Notes: a model not told the origin generated them from the sequence alone. DNA of 40,978 bases from an uncultured archaeon (GCA_964535725.1 CAZHUN010000080.1:1-40978), one strand, 5' to 3'; positions 1 to 8,061 are shown, counted from the stretch's first letter. A program made the numbers and translations.

Positions 1-931
1 ATTTTCCGGGAAATTTTTCCTGCAAATGGTGCACGACTCTTTCCGTCGCCGAACGCGTGTTGGTAAAAATCAACGTGGTTTTGTGTTCGGAAATGAGCTT
101 GTCGAGCAATTCATACATTTTTTCCTGAATTTCTTTCGGAGACGTGTCGATGAAGGAAGACAAGGGCGATAACACTTTCAAATCCAATTTCTTGGCCGGA
201 TTCACATCCACTACTTTGCAATCGCGCGTTTCTTTTTCATTCTTCATTCCCACCAAATACGAGGCCATTTCTTCGATGGGAGCGACTGTTGCCGACAATC
301 CAACACGCGTCATTTGTGGAGCAATCTCCTGCAAGCGTTCGAGAGAAATGGACAAATGAACGCCGCGCTTGTTTTCCGCCAATGCATGCACTTCGTCAAT
401 GATGCACCATTGCACGGTGCGCAAGTTTTCCTTGAATTTGGGAGAGTTTAGAAGGATGGCGAGGGATTCGGGCGTAGTAATCAAAATGTGCGGCGGTTTT
501 CTCAACATCTTTGCGCGTTCGGAAGTAGTCGTATCCCCGGTTCGAACGGAAACGCGCACGTCCAAATCCAGCTTGATTTTTTTTCCCGCTTTCGTGATTT
601 CTTCCAACGGTTCCAATAAATTGATTTGAATATCCCGAGAAAGCGCTCTCAAAGGAGAGACATAAACGCAATATATTTTTTCTTCTAAAACATTATTCGC
701 CGAAAGCGTAATCAATTCGTTCAAGACAGAGGCAAATGCGGAAAGAGTCTTACCGGTTCCAGTCGGAGCAGAGATGAGCGTGTTTTCTCTCCGGTGAATG
801 TGTATTATCGCGTATTTTTGCGGTTCTGTGAACTCTTTAAACTTCCACTTGAACCAAGCACCTAACAACGGATGTAAAACTTTGTAGATTTCCGCGTCCG
901 TGCGACGTTCGTCCGAAAATTTAATGGCCAT
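1..931 (-). CDS. ATP-dependent DEAD/DEAH-box helicase, Lhr-like, N-terminal part (3' end runs off the window)
   Basis: Absent from the ORF track because there is no stop in the window. My minus-strand translation from the ATG at 929-931 gives MAIKFSDERRTDAEIYKVLHPLLGAWFKWKFKEFTEPQKYAIIHIHRRENTLISAPTGTGKT...IIDEVHALAE...GLSATVAP...TLIFTNTRS. It shows Walker A (APTGTGKT), motif II (DEVH) and motif III (SAT). Confidence 0.85.
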   Translation of the reverse strand, partial: MAIKFSDERRTDAEIYKVLHPLLGAWFKWKFKEFTEPQKYAIIHIHRRENTLISAPTGTGKTLSAFASVLNELITLSANNVLEEKIYCVYVSPLRALSRDIQINLLEPLEEITKAGKKIKLDLDVRVSVRTGDTTTSERAKMLRKPPHILITTPESLAILLNSPKFKENLRTVQWCIIDEVHALAENKRGVHLSISLERLQEIAPQMTRVGLSATVAPIEEMASYLVGMKNEKETRDCKVVDVNPAKKLDLKVLSPLSSFIDTSPKEIQEKMYELLDKLISEHKTTLIFTNTRSATERVVHHLQEKFPGK

Positions 932-1925
932 CTTTCCAGCAACCGTACAAAGAGTCGAGCTTTTGCCGCTTTCTTTCAATAGTAAAGCCGACCAATTCTT
1001 TAAACCTGCGAATATTTTCCTTTTTTGTAATCGAAATGATGTTCGCTTTTCCATGTTTGTACAACTTAGCCCGAATGCCCAAACCGCGAAGCAAACTGAC
1101 GACTCCACGAGCACCTTTTCGGCTGACGGAACAAGCGCTAACAATGTACTTTCCAACGCTTCCTTCGCTATCAAAAAAACCCTTCAAAAACAATGCAAAA
1201 TATTTCGAATTCTTTGATTCCAAAACCGCGTTTGGAACCCCCCACTTAAACGTGCGAAAGTTTCCGTAGGAACGCAAATCCGCGCAAATGATTTGGGAAT
1301 TAGCCGTCAATACAAACGTATTTCTTGGCGCATAATAATGGTACGAATAATCTGTACCATAAACGTTATTCAACCTCTTGGCGAATTCTTTCGAAAATTC
1401 TTCATCTTTTCGGATTTCGAAACGGATGAAATCTTTGTTGATGTGTCCATCGCCACAAAGCACGCCGAAAAGATACGCCTTGTCAACCGACATTCCGCCA
1501 AGCCCTTTTTTGGGACGAAAGAGCTTCTGCTCTCGAAGAACCGCCTGCAAAAGAGGTTGATTCATTGCCTCAAGATGGGTTCTTGCGCGAAAACCGTGAC
1601 CACGAACCCATTTTCGGACAGTCGCATCCGAAACGCCAAATTGGGGAGCAAGCGATTGTGCACTTTGACCGTTTTGAACATAAAGCGTTTTCAACAATTC
1701 TTTGTTCGGAATTCGTTTTGGTTTGAACCAAGTCTTTTCCTGAGAAAATGGAACATTGTGTGCATAGAGCCAACCCGAAACTGTGTTTTCGTTGAAGTCA
1801 GCGCCAAATTTTTGTTTCAATAGCCGCGTAACCTTTCGTTGGCCTAGTTTTTCCGATTTGTGAAGTTGCAATGCGAACGAATGTGCTTGCAAAACTATAT
1901 CGCGAGCAATCGCAGAATCCGACAT
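921..1925 (-). CDS. Free-standing LAGLIDADG homing-endonuclease-like protein with N-terminal HTH region
   Basis: Two LAGLIDADG motifs retain the acidic residue: YLFGVLCGDGHI and FLKGFFDSEGSV. The N-terminus has HTH-like segments (LAPQFGVSDATVRKWV). The ATG at 1925 (MSDSAIARD) lies about 21-28 nt downstream of an A/T box (plus strand caaattaa, 1946-1953). The track start at 1940 is a TTG. Confidence 0.8.
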   Translation of the reverse strand: MSDSAIARDIVLQAHSFALQLHKSEKLGQRKVTRLLKQKFGADFNENTVSGWLYAHNVPFSQEKTWFKPKRIPNKELLKTLYVQNGQSAQSLAPQFGVSDATVRKWVRGHGFRARTHLEAMNQPLLQAVLREQKLFRPKKGLGGMSVDKAYLFGVLCGDGHINKDFIRFEIRKDEEFSKEFAKRLNNVYGTDYSYHYYAPRNTFVLTANSQIICADLRSYGNFRTFKWGVPNAVLESKNSKYFALFLKGFFDSEGSVGKYIVSACSVSRKGARGVVSLLRGLGIRAKLYKHGKANIISITKKENIRRFKELVGFTIERKRQKLDSLYGCWKDGH

Positions 1926-1976
1926 CACTAAACAACGCAAAATTCAAATTAATCCATTTCGAGAGCAGATTTCCGG

Positions 1977-2510
1977 TCAACCGATACGGCGGAATTTCCA
2001 AAGACGTTTGAGTTGTTTGTTTTTCTTTTTAGTGCCTTGTGCTAGTCTTACTCTGTGGTCTGAACGATTGGCATATGCATAGAGTTTAGTCGCAGACGGC
2101 GGATTCCAAAGCTTTCCTTTGAATTGCTTCAGATATTCAGCGCCAAAAATTGGTATGCTCCCGTCTTTCAGCACGACATGATAAAAGCCGCTAATAAAAT
2201 CTTTCCCTTTTTCAAAAGTAGATTGGGCCATAAAATCGCAAGAAACAGAATTCCTTTTTATTTTCTGCCCGACTCCTGCCAGCGCAAGACTCCTTGCCTG
2301 TTCAAATATTCTTTGAACTTCTTGAACTTTCGACCCGTCAGAAGCGATTATAACAATATCTACATCCGAATCTCGCCCCGCCATGCGTGCCGCAGTGCTT
2401 CCGAACAAAAGCGCGCCCTTAATTGTGTTCGGAAGAAGTTGATTCATCTTTTTTACAATTTCGCTTGCCGCACGAATCCGAATCGAATTCGGATCAGTTG
2501 ATTTTGCCAT
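1977..2510 (-). CDS. Nucleotidyltransferase-domain protein (MNT / Pol-beta superfamily)
   Basis: The segment LLFGSTAARMAGRDSDVDIVII matches the GS...DxD signature. It has its own A/T box (revcomp gaataaatag, 2531-2540) 21-30 nt upstream of the ATG at 2510. Confidence 0.75.
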   Translation of the reverse strand: MAKSTDPNSIRIRAASEIVKKMNQLLPNTIKGALLFGSTAARMAGRDSDVDIVIIASDGSKVQEVQRIFEQARSLALAGVGQKIKRNSVSCDFMAQSTFEKGKDFISGFYHVVLKDGSIPIFGAEYLKQFKGKLWNPPSATKLYAYANRSDHRVRLAQGTKKKNKQLKRLWKFRRIG

Positions 2511-2534
2511 GAAAAATAGATTGATTTGAACTAT

Positions 2535-2816
2535 TTATTCCTTTTTGCGCTTGCCCATTTTTTTGGGCAAACTTTTGAAGGCCGTGGCTTTCTTGTGCTC
2601 TTCGCGCGTGACAGTATCCGAGTACACCGAATACCACACCAGAATTTTCGCAGTGAGCGCGATAAAGACAAAGAAAAACATGAGTGTGAGCGAGTGCTTG
2701 TATTCCGGAGCGTTGTAAATGAACTTCAACGCGGCGGTGGCGAACAACAAAAGCCCGGCGATTCCAAGACAAACGACATAGGCGCGATTCAATGCAGGGT
2801 ATTCCATTCGATTCAC
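2535..2816 (-). CDS. Small membrane protein, unknown function
   Basis: 93 aa with two to three hydrophobic helices (VVCLGIAGLLLFATAAL, LTLMFFFVFIALTAKILVWY). Its GTG start overlaps the stop of the upstream CDS (GTGA). An alternative ATG lies at 2807. Confidence 0.5.
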   Translation of the reverse strand: MNRMEYPALNRAYVVCLGIAGLLLFATAALKFIYNAPEYKHSLTLMFFFVFIALTAKILVWYSVYSDTVTREEHKKATAFKSLPKKMGKRKKE

Positions 2817-3448
2817 TTCTTCTTGTGCAAGTACGGCAGCAATCTTTTTTTAGCTTGCGCTTCTTCAATGACTTTTTTCGCATACTGGATGCGCTGCGCG
2901 AGACCGATCCAAGTGATGAGGATGAGAATAACGAGCATGACGGAAATCACTTGCAAGGCTTGCAACGTGGGCAAAAAGCCCGCAACGAACAATCCCAACA
3001 ATAGAACCGTCAAACGGTCGGCACGGTCGCCGATTCCCGGCCAGTCGCGATTGTCTAACATGGCGACCAATCCGGCGCGCGGTTTGGCATAACTGTTCAC
3101 CAACGTTCCCCCTAACGCGAGAAAAGCGAGCAAGGGAAATTGGAAAACAAAACCGGCCAACAAAAAAACTTCCACGATTTTGTCCACCACGGCGTCAAAA
3201 TAGTTTCCAAACGGAGTTTCTTTTTTCTGCGCGCGGGCAACGGCGCCGTCCAACGCGTCGATGGCGGAAGCGATCAGCGCTGCAAGCAAAGCCAAATGGA
3301 ATTGGCGGAGAACGACGAAATAAGCGGCGAGAAGGGCAAATGGAATGGCCAGGGCAGTAAATGCGTTTGGAGAAATGCCAGTACGCGCGATTGTTTTTCC
3401 CGCGCGATCGAAATAAGGTTTCAAGCGTCCACGCAATTGTTCGAGCAT
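2813..3448 (-). CDS. CDP-alcohol phosphatidyltransferase (archaeal polar-lipid synthase family)
   Basis: DALDGAVARAQKKETPFGNYFDAVVDK matches D-G-x2-A-R-x8-G-x3-D-x3-D. The protein is multi-TM. I prefer the ATG at 3448 (MLEQLRGRL) over the TTG at 3463 because it sits about 26 nt from the central TATA-like box. Confidence 0.85.
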   Translation of the reverse strand: MLEQLRGRLKPYFDRAGKTIARTGISPNAFTALAIPFALLAAYFVVLRQFHLALLAALIASAIDALDGAVARAQKKETPFGNYFDAVVDKIVEVFLLAGFVFQFPLLAFLALGGTLVNSYAKPRAGLVAMLDNRDWPGIGDRADRLTVLLLGLFVAGFLPTLQALQVISVMLVILILITWIGLAQRIQYAKKVIEEAQAKKRLLPYLHKKK

Positions 3449-3468
3449 GTTGGAAAAAGCCAAATTTG

Positions 3469-3479
3469 CTTTTTAAAGG
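3469..3479. promoter_or_regulatory. Single central TATA-like box (CTTTTTAAAGG) shared by divergent genes
   Basis: The spacer between the ATG at 3448 (-) and the ATG at 3500 (+) is 51 nt. The TTTAAA core (3472-3477) is centred in it, about 26 nt from each ATG. Confidence 0.5.
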
Positions 3480-3499
3480 GTTGCATTCACCCTCCAAAC

Positions 3500-3814
3500 A
3501 TGGAAAAGAGCGACGAGCTCGAAAAATTGAAGCAAAAAGTAGGAATTCAACTCTTGTGGTTGTACGTGTTGGCCATGCTGAAAAAACAACCGTCTCACGC
3601 GTATTCTCTCCGCAAGCAAATTCAGCTCGCCTTCGGCTTTCTTCCCGGAAATGTTTCGGTTTACGTTTCTCTGTACAAGCTCAAAAAGCAAGGCCTTGTG
3701 AAGAATGTCAAGCAGGGAAAGCGCAAAGTGTACGAAATAACCGAAAAAGGCGAAGTGGTGCTGGAAGAAGCGAAAAAAATCTTCGACGAAAAAAGCAAGC
3801 AATGGTTTGGATAG
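3500..3814 (+). CDS. PadR-family winged-helix transcriptional regulator
   Basis: LLWLYVLAMLKKQPSHAYSLRKQI...VSVYVSLYKLKKQGLVK...RKVYEITEKG follows the PadR pattern. The track ORF 3140..3814 is an upstream extension antisense to the lipid synthase. Confidence 0.75.
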   Translation: MEKSDELEKLKQKVGIQLLWLYVLAMLKKQPSHAYSLRKQIQLAFGFLPGNVSVYVSLYKLKKQGLVKNVKQGKRKVYEITEKGEVVLEEAKKIFDEKSKQWFG

Positions 3815-3872
3815 GTCGGCGTTCGACGAAAACGTCAAACTGTTTTAATATCGCTGCCAATTCTTCCACCGA

Positions 3873-4178
3873 ATGTTTGAGGTTTTTGAGACTGCCCGCT
3901 TTGCGAAAACCATTCAGGACTTGGATGGGCGTGAAAAGGAATGGATTTCCAAAATGCGAGTGGCATTGGCCGAGAATCCGTTTTCAGGAAAGCCGTTAGG
4001 ATTCGACTGGTTTCGGGAGAAACGCTTTGAAGGGAAAAGACTCTATTTTGTTGTCTCCAAGAAAAAGCGAAAAGTATTGCTTGTTGCATTTGGAAACAAG
4101 AAAGAACAGCGAAAAACCATTGAACGCATTCTCGTCGATCGGGACGCTTATTTCGAATTTTTAGAAGGCAAGGGATAA
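3873..4178 (+). CDS. RelE/ParE-superfamily (HigB/Gp49-like) toxin-like protein
   Basis: 101 aa. ...ENPFSGKPLGFDWFREKRFEGKRLYFVVSKKKRKVLLVAFGNKKEQRKTIERI resembles the core pattern of RelE/HigB-type mRNA interferases. An A/T box (gttttaatatcg, about 3839-3850) lies about 25 nt upstream of the ATG. Confidence 0.5.
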   Translation: MFEVFETARFAKTIQDLDGREKEWISKMRVALAENPFSGKPLGFDWFREKRFEGKRLYFVVSKKKRKVLLVAFGNKKEQRKTIERILVDRDAYFEFLEGKG

Positions 4179-4306
4179 ACTTTGTGAATTCTTCCACGCC
4201 GAATGTCCTCTGCACTTTGCTCGAGTTGGACAAGAACATCGTCTGCCATTTTTTCCTTCCGTTTCAAACGTTCGTATTCGGATTTTGAAATGGTAACTGT
4301 ATCCAT
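4148..4306 (-). CDS. Small RHH/antitoxin-like protein (52 aa, below the track cutoff)
   Basis: My translation is MDTVTISKSEYERLKRKEKMADDVLVQLEQSAEDIRRGRIHKVYPLPSKNSK. It has a beta-strand-then-helix N-terminus and an ...EDIRRGRI... tail typical of small antitoxins. A TATA-like box (revcomp gatttaaaagg, 4328-4338) lies 22-32 nt upstream. The ORF overlaps the 3' end of 3873..4178 by 31 nt. Confidence 0.35.
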   Translation of the reverse strand: MDTVTISKSEYERLKRKEKMADDVLVQLEQSAEDIRRGRIHKVYPLPSKNSK

Positions 4307-4357
4307 GAAGAACATACAATTGTTTGACCTTTTAAATCTTTTCCGAATTTCGACAGG

Positions 4358-4507
4358 TCAGCGCCTCAAGAAGAAGAATATGGCGATGATGAACGTCATA
4401 ATGCCCAAGTACGTGTTCAAAAATTCCAATTGTCCGGGAAATTTGGGCAAGTAAAGGCCGATCGTCATTCCCAAAAAAAGGAATCCCAACGCATTTGCTT
4501 CGGCCAT
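4358..4507 (-). CDS. Small two-helix hydrophobic peptide (49 aa)
   Basis: MAEANALGFLFLGMTIGLYLPKFPGQLEFLNTYLGIMTFIIAIFFFLRR starts from the ATG at 4507. The call rests only on hydrophobicity and position upstream of the RHH-like ORF. Confidence 0.3.
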   Translation of the reverse strand: MAEANALGFLFLGMTIGLYLPKFPGQLEFLNTYLGIMTFIIAIFFFLRR

Positions 4508-4565
4508 GCAGTGTAGAAAGAATTTGGGGTTAAAAAGCATTGCGCCATTTTGGCGGAAAAAATGT

Positions 4566-4622
4566 GAGGGGTGGGGGACAATGAGATACTCGATATGCCG
4601 AGTGAGCCTACCCCCAGCCCTC
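4566..4622. other. GC-rich 12-bp stem hairpin inside a 320-nt unannotated gap (candidate structured RNA element)
   Basis: GAGGGGTGGGGG (4566-4577) pairs with CCCCCAGCCCTC (4611-4622) with one G-G mismatch. The 33-nt loop holds an inner stem, ACTCG-atatgc-CGAGT. Confidence 0.3.
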
Positions 4623-4882
4623 TTACTGGTTCAACCGGTGTTGTATTCCACTAGGTTCAAACCACCTCTCTACTTGGTTGAAAGAGAACACCCCTTTTGG
4701 AGTATAAAAACGTGCCATAAACATTCTCGCCAACAAACGCATCAAAATCGATAAAGTTTTCGCGAAAACGTTGAACAAATGCAGTATTTGAAAGGATAGA
4801 AGGCAAAAAAAGTATTATTCATTCACAGTGAATTGTGGGTACAGGCTCGAGATTTTTAAGGACAATGGACGAAATTCGCTTT

Positions 4883-5431
4883 ATGGCCAAAGATTTGGAT
4901 GCGAAAGAAGAAGAAGTGCTGATCGAGTTATTGCGCAATGCGAAAATTTCGGACAAAGAACTGGCCAAAAAGCTCGGAACTTCCCAACCCACCATCACGC
5001 GCATTCGGAATAAGCTCCAAGAAAAGCATTTTTTCAGCACGTACACGGTGTTGCCTTCATTGACCAACTTGGGGCTGAATTTAATGACCATGACTTTTTT
5101 GGGAATTTCGAACTTTAAAGAAAAAGAAAAAGTGGCAAAGTGGATTCGCGAAAACCCGCATGTCGCGTTTTCTGCAGAAGGAGAAGGATTGCGGCAGCAA
5201 AACATCAGCATCATTTCCTTGCACCCGAGTTTCGAACATTATGAAGAGTTTTTGAACCACCTGCGCCGCGATTTGGAAAATAGCGTGGGAAACATTTCCA
5301 GTTTTTTGATTGCGAACAAAAACACCATCAAAGATTTTTCTCTCGATACACCAATCGAACACTTTTTGCATGTCACATTGAAACGCATGAAGGCGGCACG
5401 GCACGGAAACCGCAAAACCGACCGACGGTGA
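4883..5431 (+). CDS. Lrp/AsnC-family transcriptional regulator
   Basis: MAKDLDAKEEEVLIELLRNAKISDKELAKKLGTSQPTITRIRNKLQEK is a classic Lrp HTH. I chose the ATG at 4883 because the A/T box atttttaagg (4851-4860) is 23-32 nt upstream. The track start at 4835 is a GTG. Confidence 0.8.
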   Translation: MAKDLDAKEEEVLIELLRNAKISDKELAKKLGTSQPTITRIRNKLQEKHFFSTYTVLPSLTNLGLNLMTMTFLGISNFKEKEKVAKWIRENPHVAFSAEGEGLRQQNISIISLHPSFEHYEEFLNHLRRDLENSVGNISSFLIANKNTIKDFSLDTPIEHFLHVTLKRMKAARHGNRKTDRR

Positions 5432-5460
5432 ATTTAAAGAGAAAGAGGAAAAGAATTGTC

Positions 5461-6153
5461 ATGCTCTCGCACGAACAGTTGAAGAAGAAAGTGCTGGTTT
5501 TCGGATTGGAAGACGTTCTGGTTCCGGGTGCGGTGGAAAAAAAAGTCAAGAAGAAAGACGTTGATGAAATTTTGAAACAATTGAAAGCGCTGGCCAAAAA
5601 ATACGAGGATTTTCACTACTATCTCATTACGGGATTGCCGGAAGCGGAAGCGAAAAAGCGCATTGCAAAGCACAAGCTCGAAAAATATTTCGACGACGCG
5701 CATTCTTTTTCCGTCAACAAACCCTACTTGGATTCGAAGACCGAAGTGGATCGCCAGTTGTACGACGACCACCTTGCCAAGAATCCCTTGTTCAAGGACG
5801 AGTATTTCAAGCAACAAACCATTGAATCCATTGTCCGATCTTTAGGCGTTTCGAAGGAAGAAGTGCAATTGATTGGCAATGACGTGTGGACGGAAGGGTT
5901 TTACACGCGCCGTTTTTCGGGAGTCGAGTTTGCCCTCATTCGGAGTGCGCTCGCGGCGAGAGGAGAACCGCTGAAAGAACCAGTTGTCAAGCTCGTGTAT
6001 ATGGATAGAAAGTGGAAGGACGTGGAAGCGCTGATTCGCGGTGCGCTTCCGAAAGCGGATTATACGGCATTGGACAAGTTTGTGAACGATACCATGCGCG
6101 AAAAGCTGTTCGAAGGCACGCAAATGCAAGGCATTTCTAGGCTCGCCAAATGA
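5461..6153 (+). CDS. HAD-fold-like protein with a degenerate motif I
   Basis: VLVFGLEDVLV occupies the position of hhhhDxDx(T/V). ITG resembles motif II and IGNDVWTEG resembles motif IV. An A/T box (gaatttaaagag, 5430-5441) lies upstream of the ATG at 5461. Confidence 0.45.
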   Translation: MLSHEQLKKKVLVFGLEDVLVPGAVEKKVKKKDVDEILKQLKALAKKYEDFHYYLITGLPEAEAKKRIAKHKLEKYFDDAHSFSVNKPYLDSKTEVDRQLYDDHLAKNPLFKDEYFKQQTIESIVRSLGVSKEEVQLIGNDVWTEGFYTRRFSGVEFALIRSALAARGEPLKEPVVKLVYMDRKWKDVEALIRGALPKADYTALDKFVNDTMREKLFEGTQMQGISRLAK

Positions 6154-6266
6154 GCAACGCGAATTTTTTTCCCCGGGCTTTTTTGAAAAGGCCGAAAGAG
6201 GCGATTTTAAGAACATTTTGCCCTTACAATAGGACAACACACACGATAACAAATTAACTGGTTCCG

Positions 6267-7523
6267 ATGAATAAGATAAAATCTGTTTGGGGGAGAATGG
6301 TGCTCGATTCCTTGGGTCACCCGACTGTCGAAGTTTCAGTCGACGTGGGAAAAGGTCGCGGAAGGGCGATTGCTCCCGAAGGAAAGAGTACAGGAACATT
6401 GGAAGCGCAAGAAGTGCGCGACGGCGGAAAATCTTTTTTCGGGAAAAACGTGTCCAAAGCCGTGCACAACGTAAATACGTTGATAGGGCCAAAAATCAAG
6501 AACGTCGATAGCAGCAAGCAGAAAAAAATCGATGACCTGTTGGTCGAATTAGATGCAACCTCCAATCGGAGCAAATTGGGCAGCAATGCAATGGTAGCAA
6601 CCAGCATGGCAGTCTGTGCGGCCGAAGCAGACGCGGAGAAAAGGTCCTTGTACGAATATGTTTCCAAAATGGCGGGAAACAAGGCCTTTCACCTTCCCAT
6701 GCCCATGTTCAATGTCCTCGAAGGCGGAAAGCATGCCGGAAACAACCTCGCCGTGCAAGAATTTTTGGTCATTCCTTCTGGCGCGAAAACCTTTTCCGAA
6801 GCCGTCCAAATCGGAGTCGAAGTCTATCATTCCTTACAAACCCACATTCGAGACCGTTTTGGAAGACAAGCCACTCACGTGGGAGACGAAGGCGGGTTTG
6901 CGCCGCCCTTGCACAAGACCGAAGATGCACTCAAACTAATCGAACTCGCAGCCAAAGACTTGGGATATGCCAAATCAGTTTCCATTGCACTGGACGTCGC
7001 TGCTTCAACCTTTCACCGCGAAAACCAGTACCACTTTGAAGGGAAAGCCTTTGACAATATTCCTTTTGTCGAGTTTTGGGAAAGTTTGTGCCAGCAACAT
7101 CCCATTGCGAGTTTGGAAGACCCTTTTGCAGAAGAAGACTGGCAAGCGTGGTGCGCGCTCAAAAAAGGAACATCCCATTTTCAAATTGTCGGAGACGATT
7201 TGCTGGTTTCGCGCGCGGACAGAATCGAACGCGCGCACAAGCTCGGCGCATGCAATGCGGTTATCATCAAACCCAACCAAGTGGGAACGATTTCCGAAAC
7301 CCTGACGGCCGTACTTGCGGCTCGCGCAGCAAAAATGAAAGTGATTGCCTCGCACCGCGCGGGAGACTCGGAAGACACGTTCATGGCGGATTTTGCAGTT
7401 GGAATCGGAGCCGAGTATTGCAAATTCGGAGCGCCTTGTCGGGGAGAAAGAACCGCCAAGTACAATCGTTTACTTGCCATCGAAGCCGAGTTGGGAAAGA
7501 AAGCCGGATTCGGATCCAAATGA
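6267..7523 (+). CDS. eno: Enolase (phosphopyruvate hydratase)
   Basis: Enolase blocks are present: LDSLGHPTVEV, GKSTGTLEA, HVGDEGGFAP, IIKPNQVGT, SHRAGDSEDTF and GERTAKYNRLL. Confidence 0.95.
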   Translation: MNKIKSVWGRMVLDSLGHPTVEVSVDVGKGRGRAIAPEGKSTGTLEAQEVRDGGKSFFGKNVSKAVHNVNTLIGPKIKNVDSSKQKKIDDLLVELDATSNRSKLGSNAMVATSMAVCAAEADAEKRSLYEYVSKMAGNKAFHLPMPMFNVLEGGKHAGNNLAVQEFLVIPSGAKTFSEAVQIGVEVYHSLQTHIRDRFGRQATHVGDEGGFAPPLHKTEDALKLIELAAKDLGYAKSVSIALDVAASTFHRENQYHFEGKAFDNIPFVEFWESLCQQHPIASLEDPFAEEDWQAWCALKKGTSHFQIVGDDLLVSRADRIERAHKLGACNAVIIKPNQVGTISETLTAVLAARAAKMKVIASHRAGDSEDTFMADFAVGIGAEYCKFGAPCRGERTAKYNRLLAIEAELGKKAGFGSK

Positions 7524-7632
7524 GCCAAAGCGAATTGCGCAACGTGGCGCGCTGTTCAAAGAAGCGGTAGACTTGCTGTTGAACGAAGACATCAACATGT
7601 ACCACGCGTTCGGCGAAGACTTTTCGTAACCA

Positions 7633-7965
7633 TCAAACAGAAGGCAGTTTGGCGCTTATTTCAGAGGGCCGCGTTTTTTTCGGAATTTTTTTTTGGGAAA
7701 TTTTTTTCGGAGCGGGCTTGTACGATTCCGAATGTTCACGAATTCGATTGAGTATCGCATCGTATTCAAGCCGCATCGCCTCCTCGCCAGGACCGTGCAC
7801 TCCTGGAAGATTGTGCAAGCGTGTTCCAGCCCATTTGAGTGCATCGTAGGTTTTTTGCACACGGGCAATCGCTTCTTTGGCTTCGGCGAGAGAATAGGTT
7901 CCGCCCTTCAAACAAACTTCGATCGCCTTGAGGGAAGAGTACAACTGGAACGACCGAGCTTGCAA
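7633..7965 (-). CDS. Hypothetical protein with a lysine-rich C-terminus
   Basis: 110-aa ORF with ordinary amino-acid composition. An A/T box (revcomp ccttatattc, near 8018-8030) lies upstream. I recognised no motif. Confidence 0.45.
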   Translation of the reverse strand: MQARSFQLYSSLKAIEVCLKGGTYSLAEAKEAIARVQKTYDALKWAGTRLHNLPGVHGPGEEAMRLEYDAILNRIREHSESYKPAPKKISQKKIPKKTRPSEISAKLPSV

Positions 7966-8061
7966 GGCCTTCAGTCGAACAGAATGTTTTGAGGGCGACG
8001 TGAATAGTCACACCATTGCGCAGAATATAAGGATTGTGCTTTGAACTTCACGCTATCGTAT

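Noticed and set aside
1-1940. LAGLIDADG ORF as an intein (or intron ORF) inside the Lhr-type helicase
   Set aside because: The endonuclease ORF and the helicase are in different reading frames. The helicase has its own ATG at 931, followed by a normal Lhr N-terminus. The endonuclease has its own ATG and A/T box, and there are no Cys/Ser...His-Asn splice-junction residues.
3140-3814. Long versions of track ORFs with N-terminal extensions: 3140..3814, 8062..9015, 21947..22714, 22146..22778, 30474..31472 and 4835..5431
   Set aside because: The extensions begin at non-ATG codons or overlap the divergent neighbour. They have odd composition and are not needed for the recognised domain. Internal ATGs sit about 26 nt from TATA-like boxes.
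4620-4700. tRNA gene suggested by T-loop-like GGTTCAAACC and ACTGGTTCAACCGGT
   Set aside because: On either strand I could not build a matching T-stem, D-arm or 7-bp acceptor stem. The loops have the wrong length (5 nt) or the flanks are not complementary.
7521-7570. 16-codon ORF (MSQSELRNVARCSKKR) whose ATG overlaps the enolase stop
   Set aside because: It is too short, shows no motif, and has no independent signal. It is probably fortuitous.
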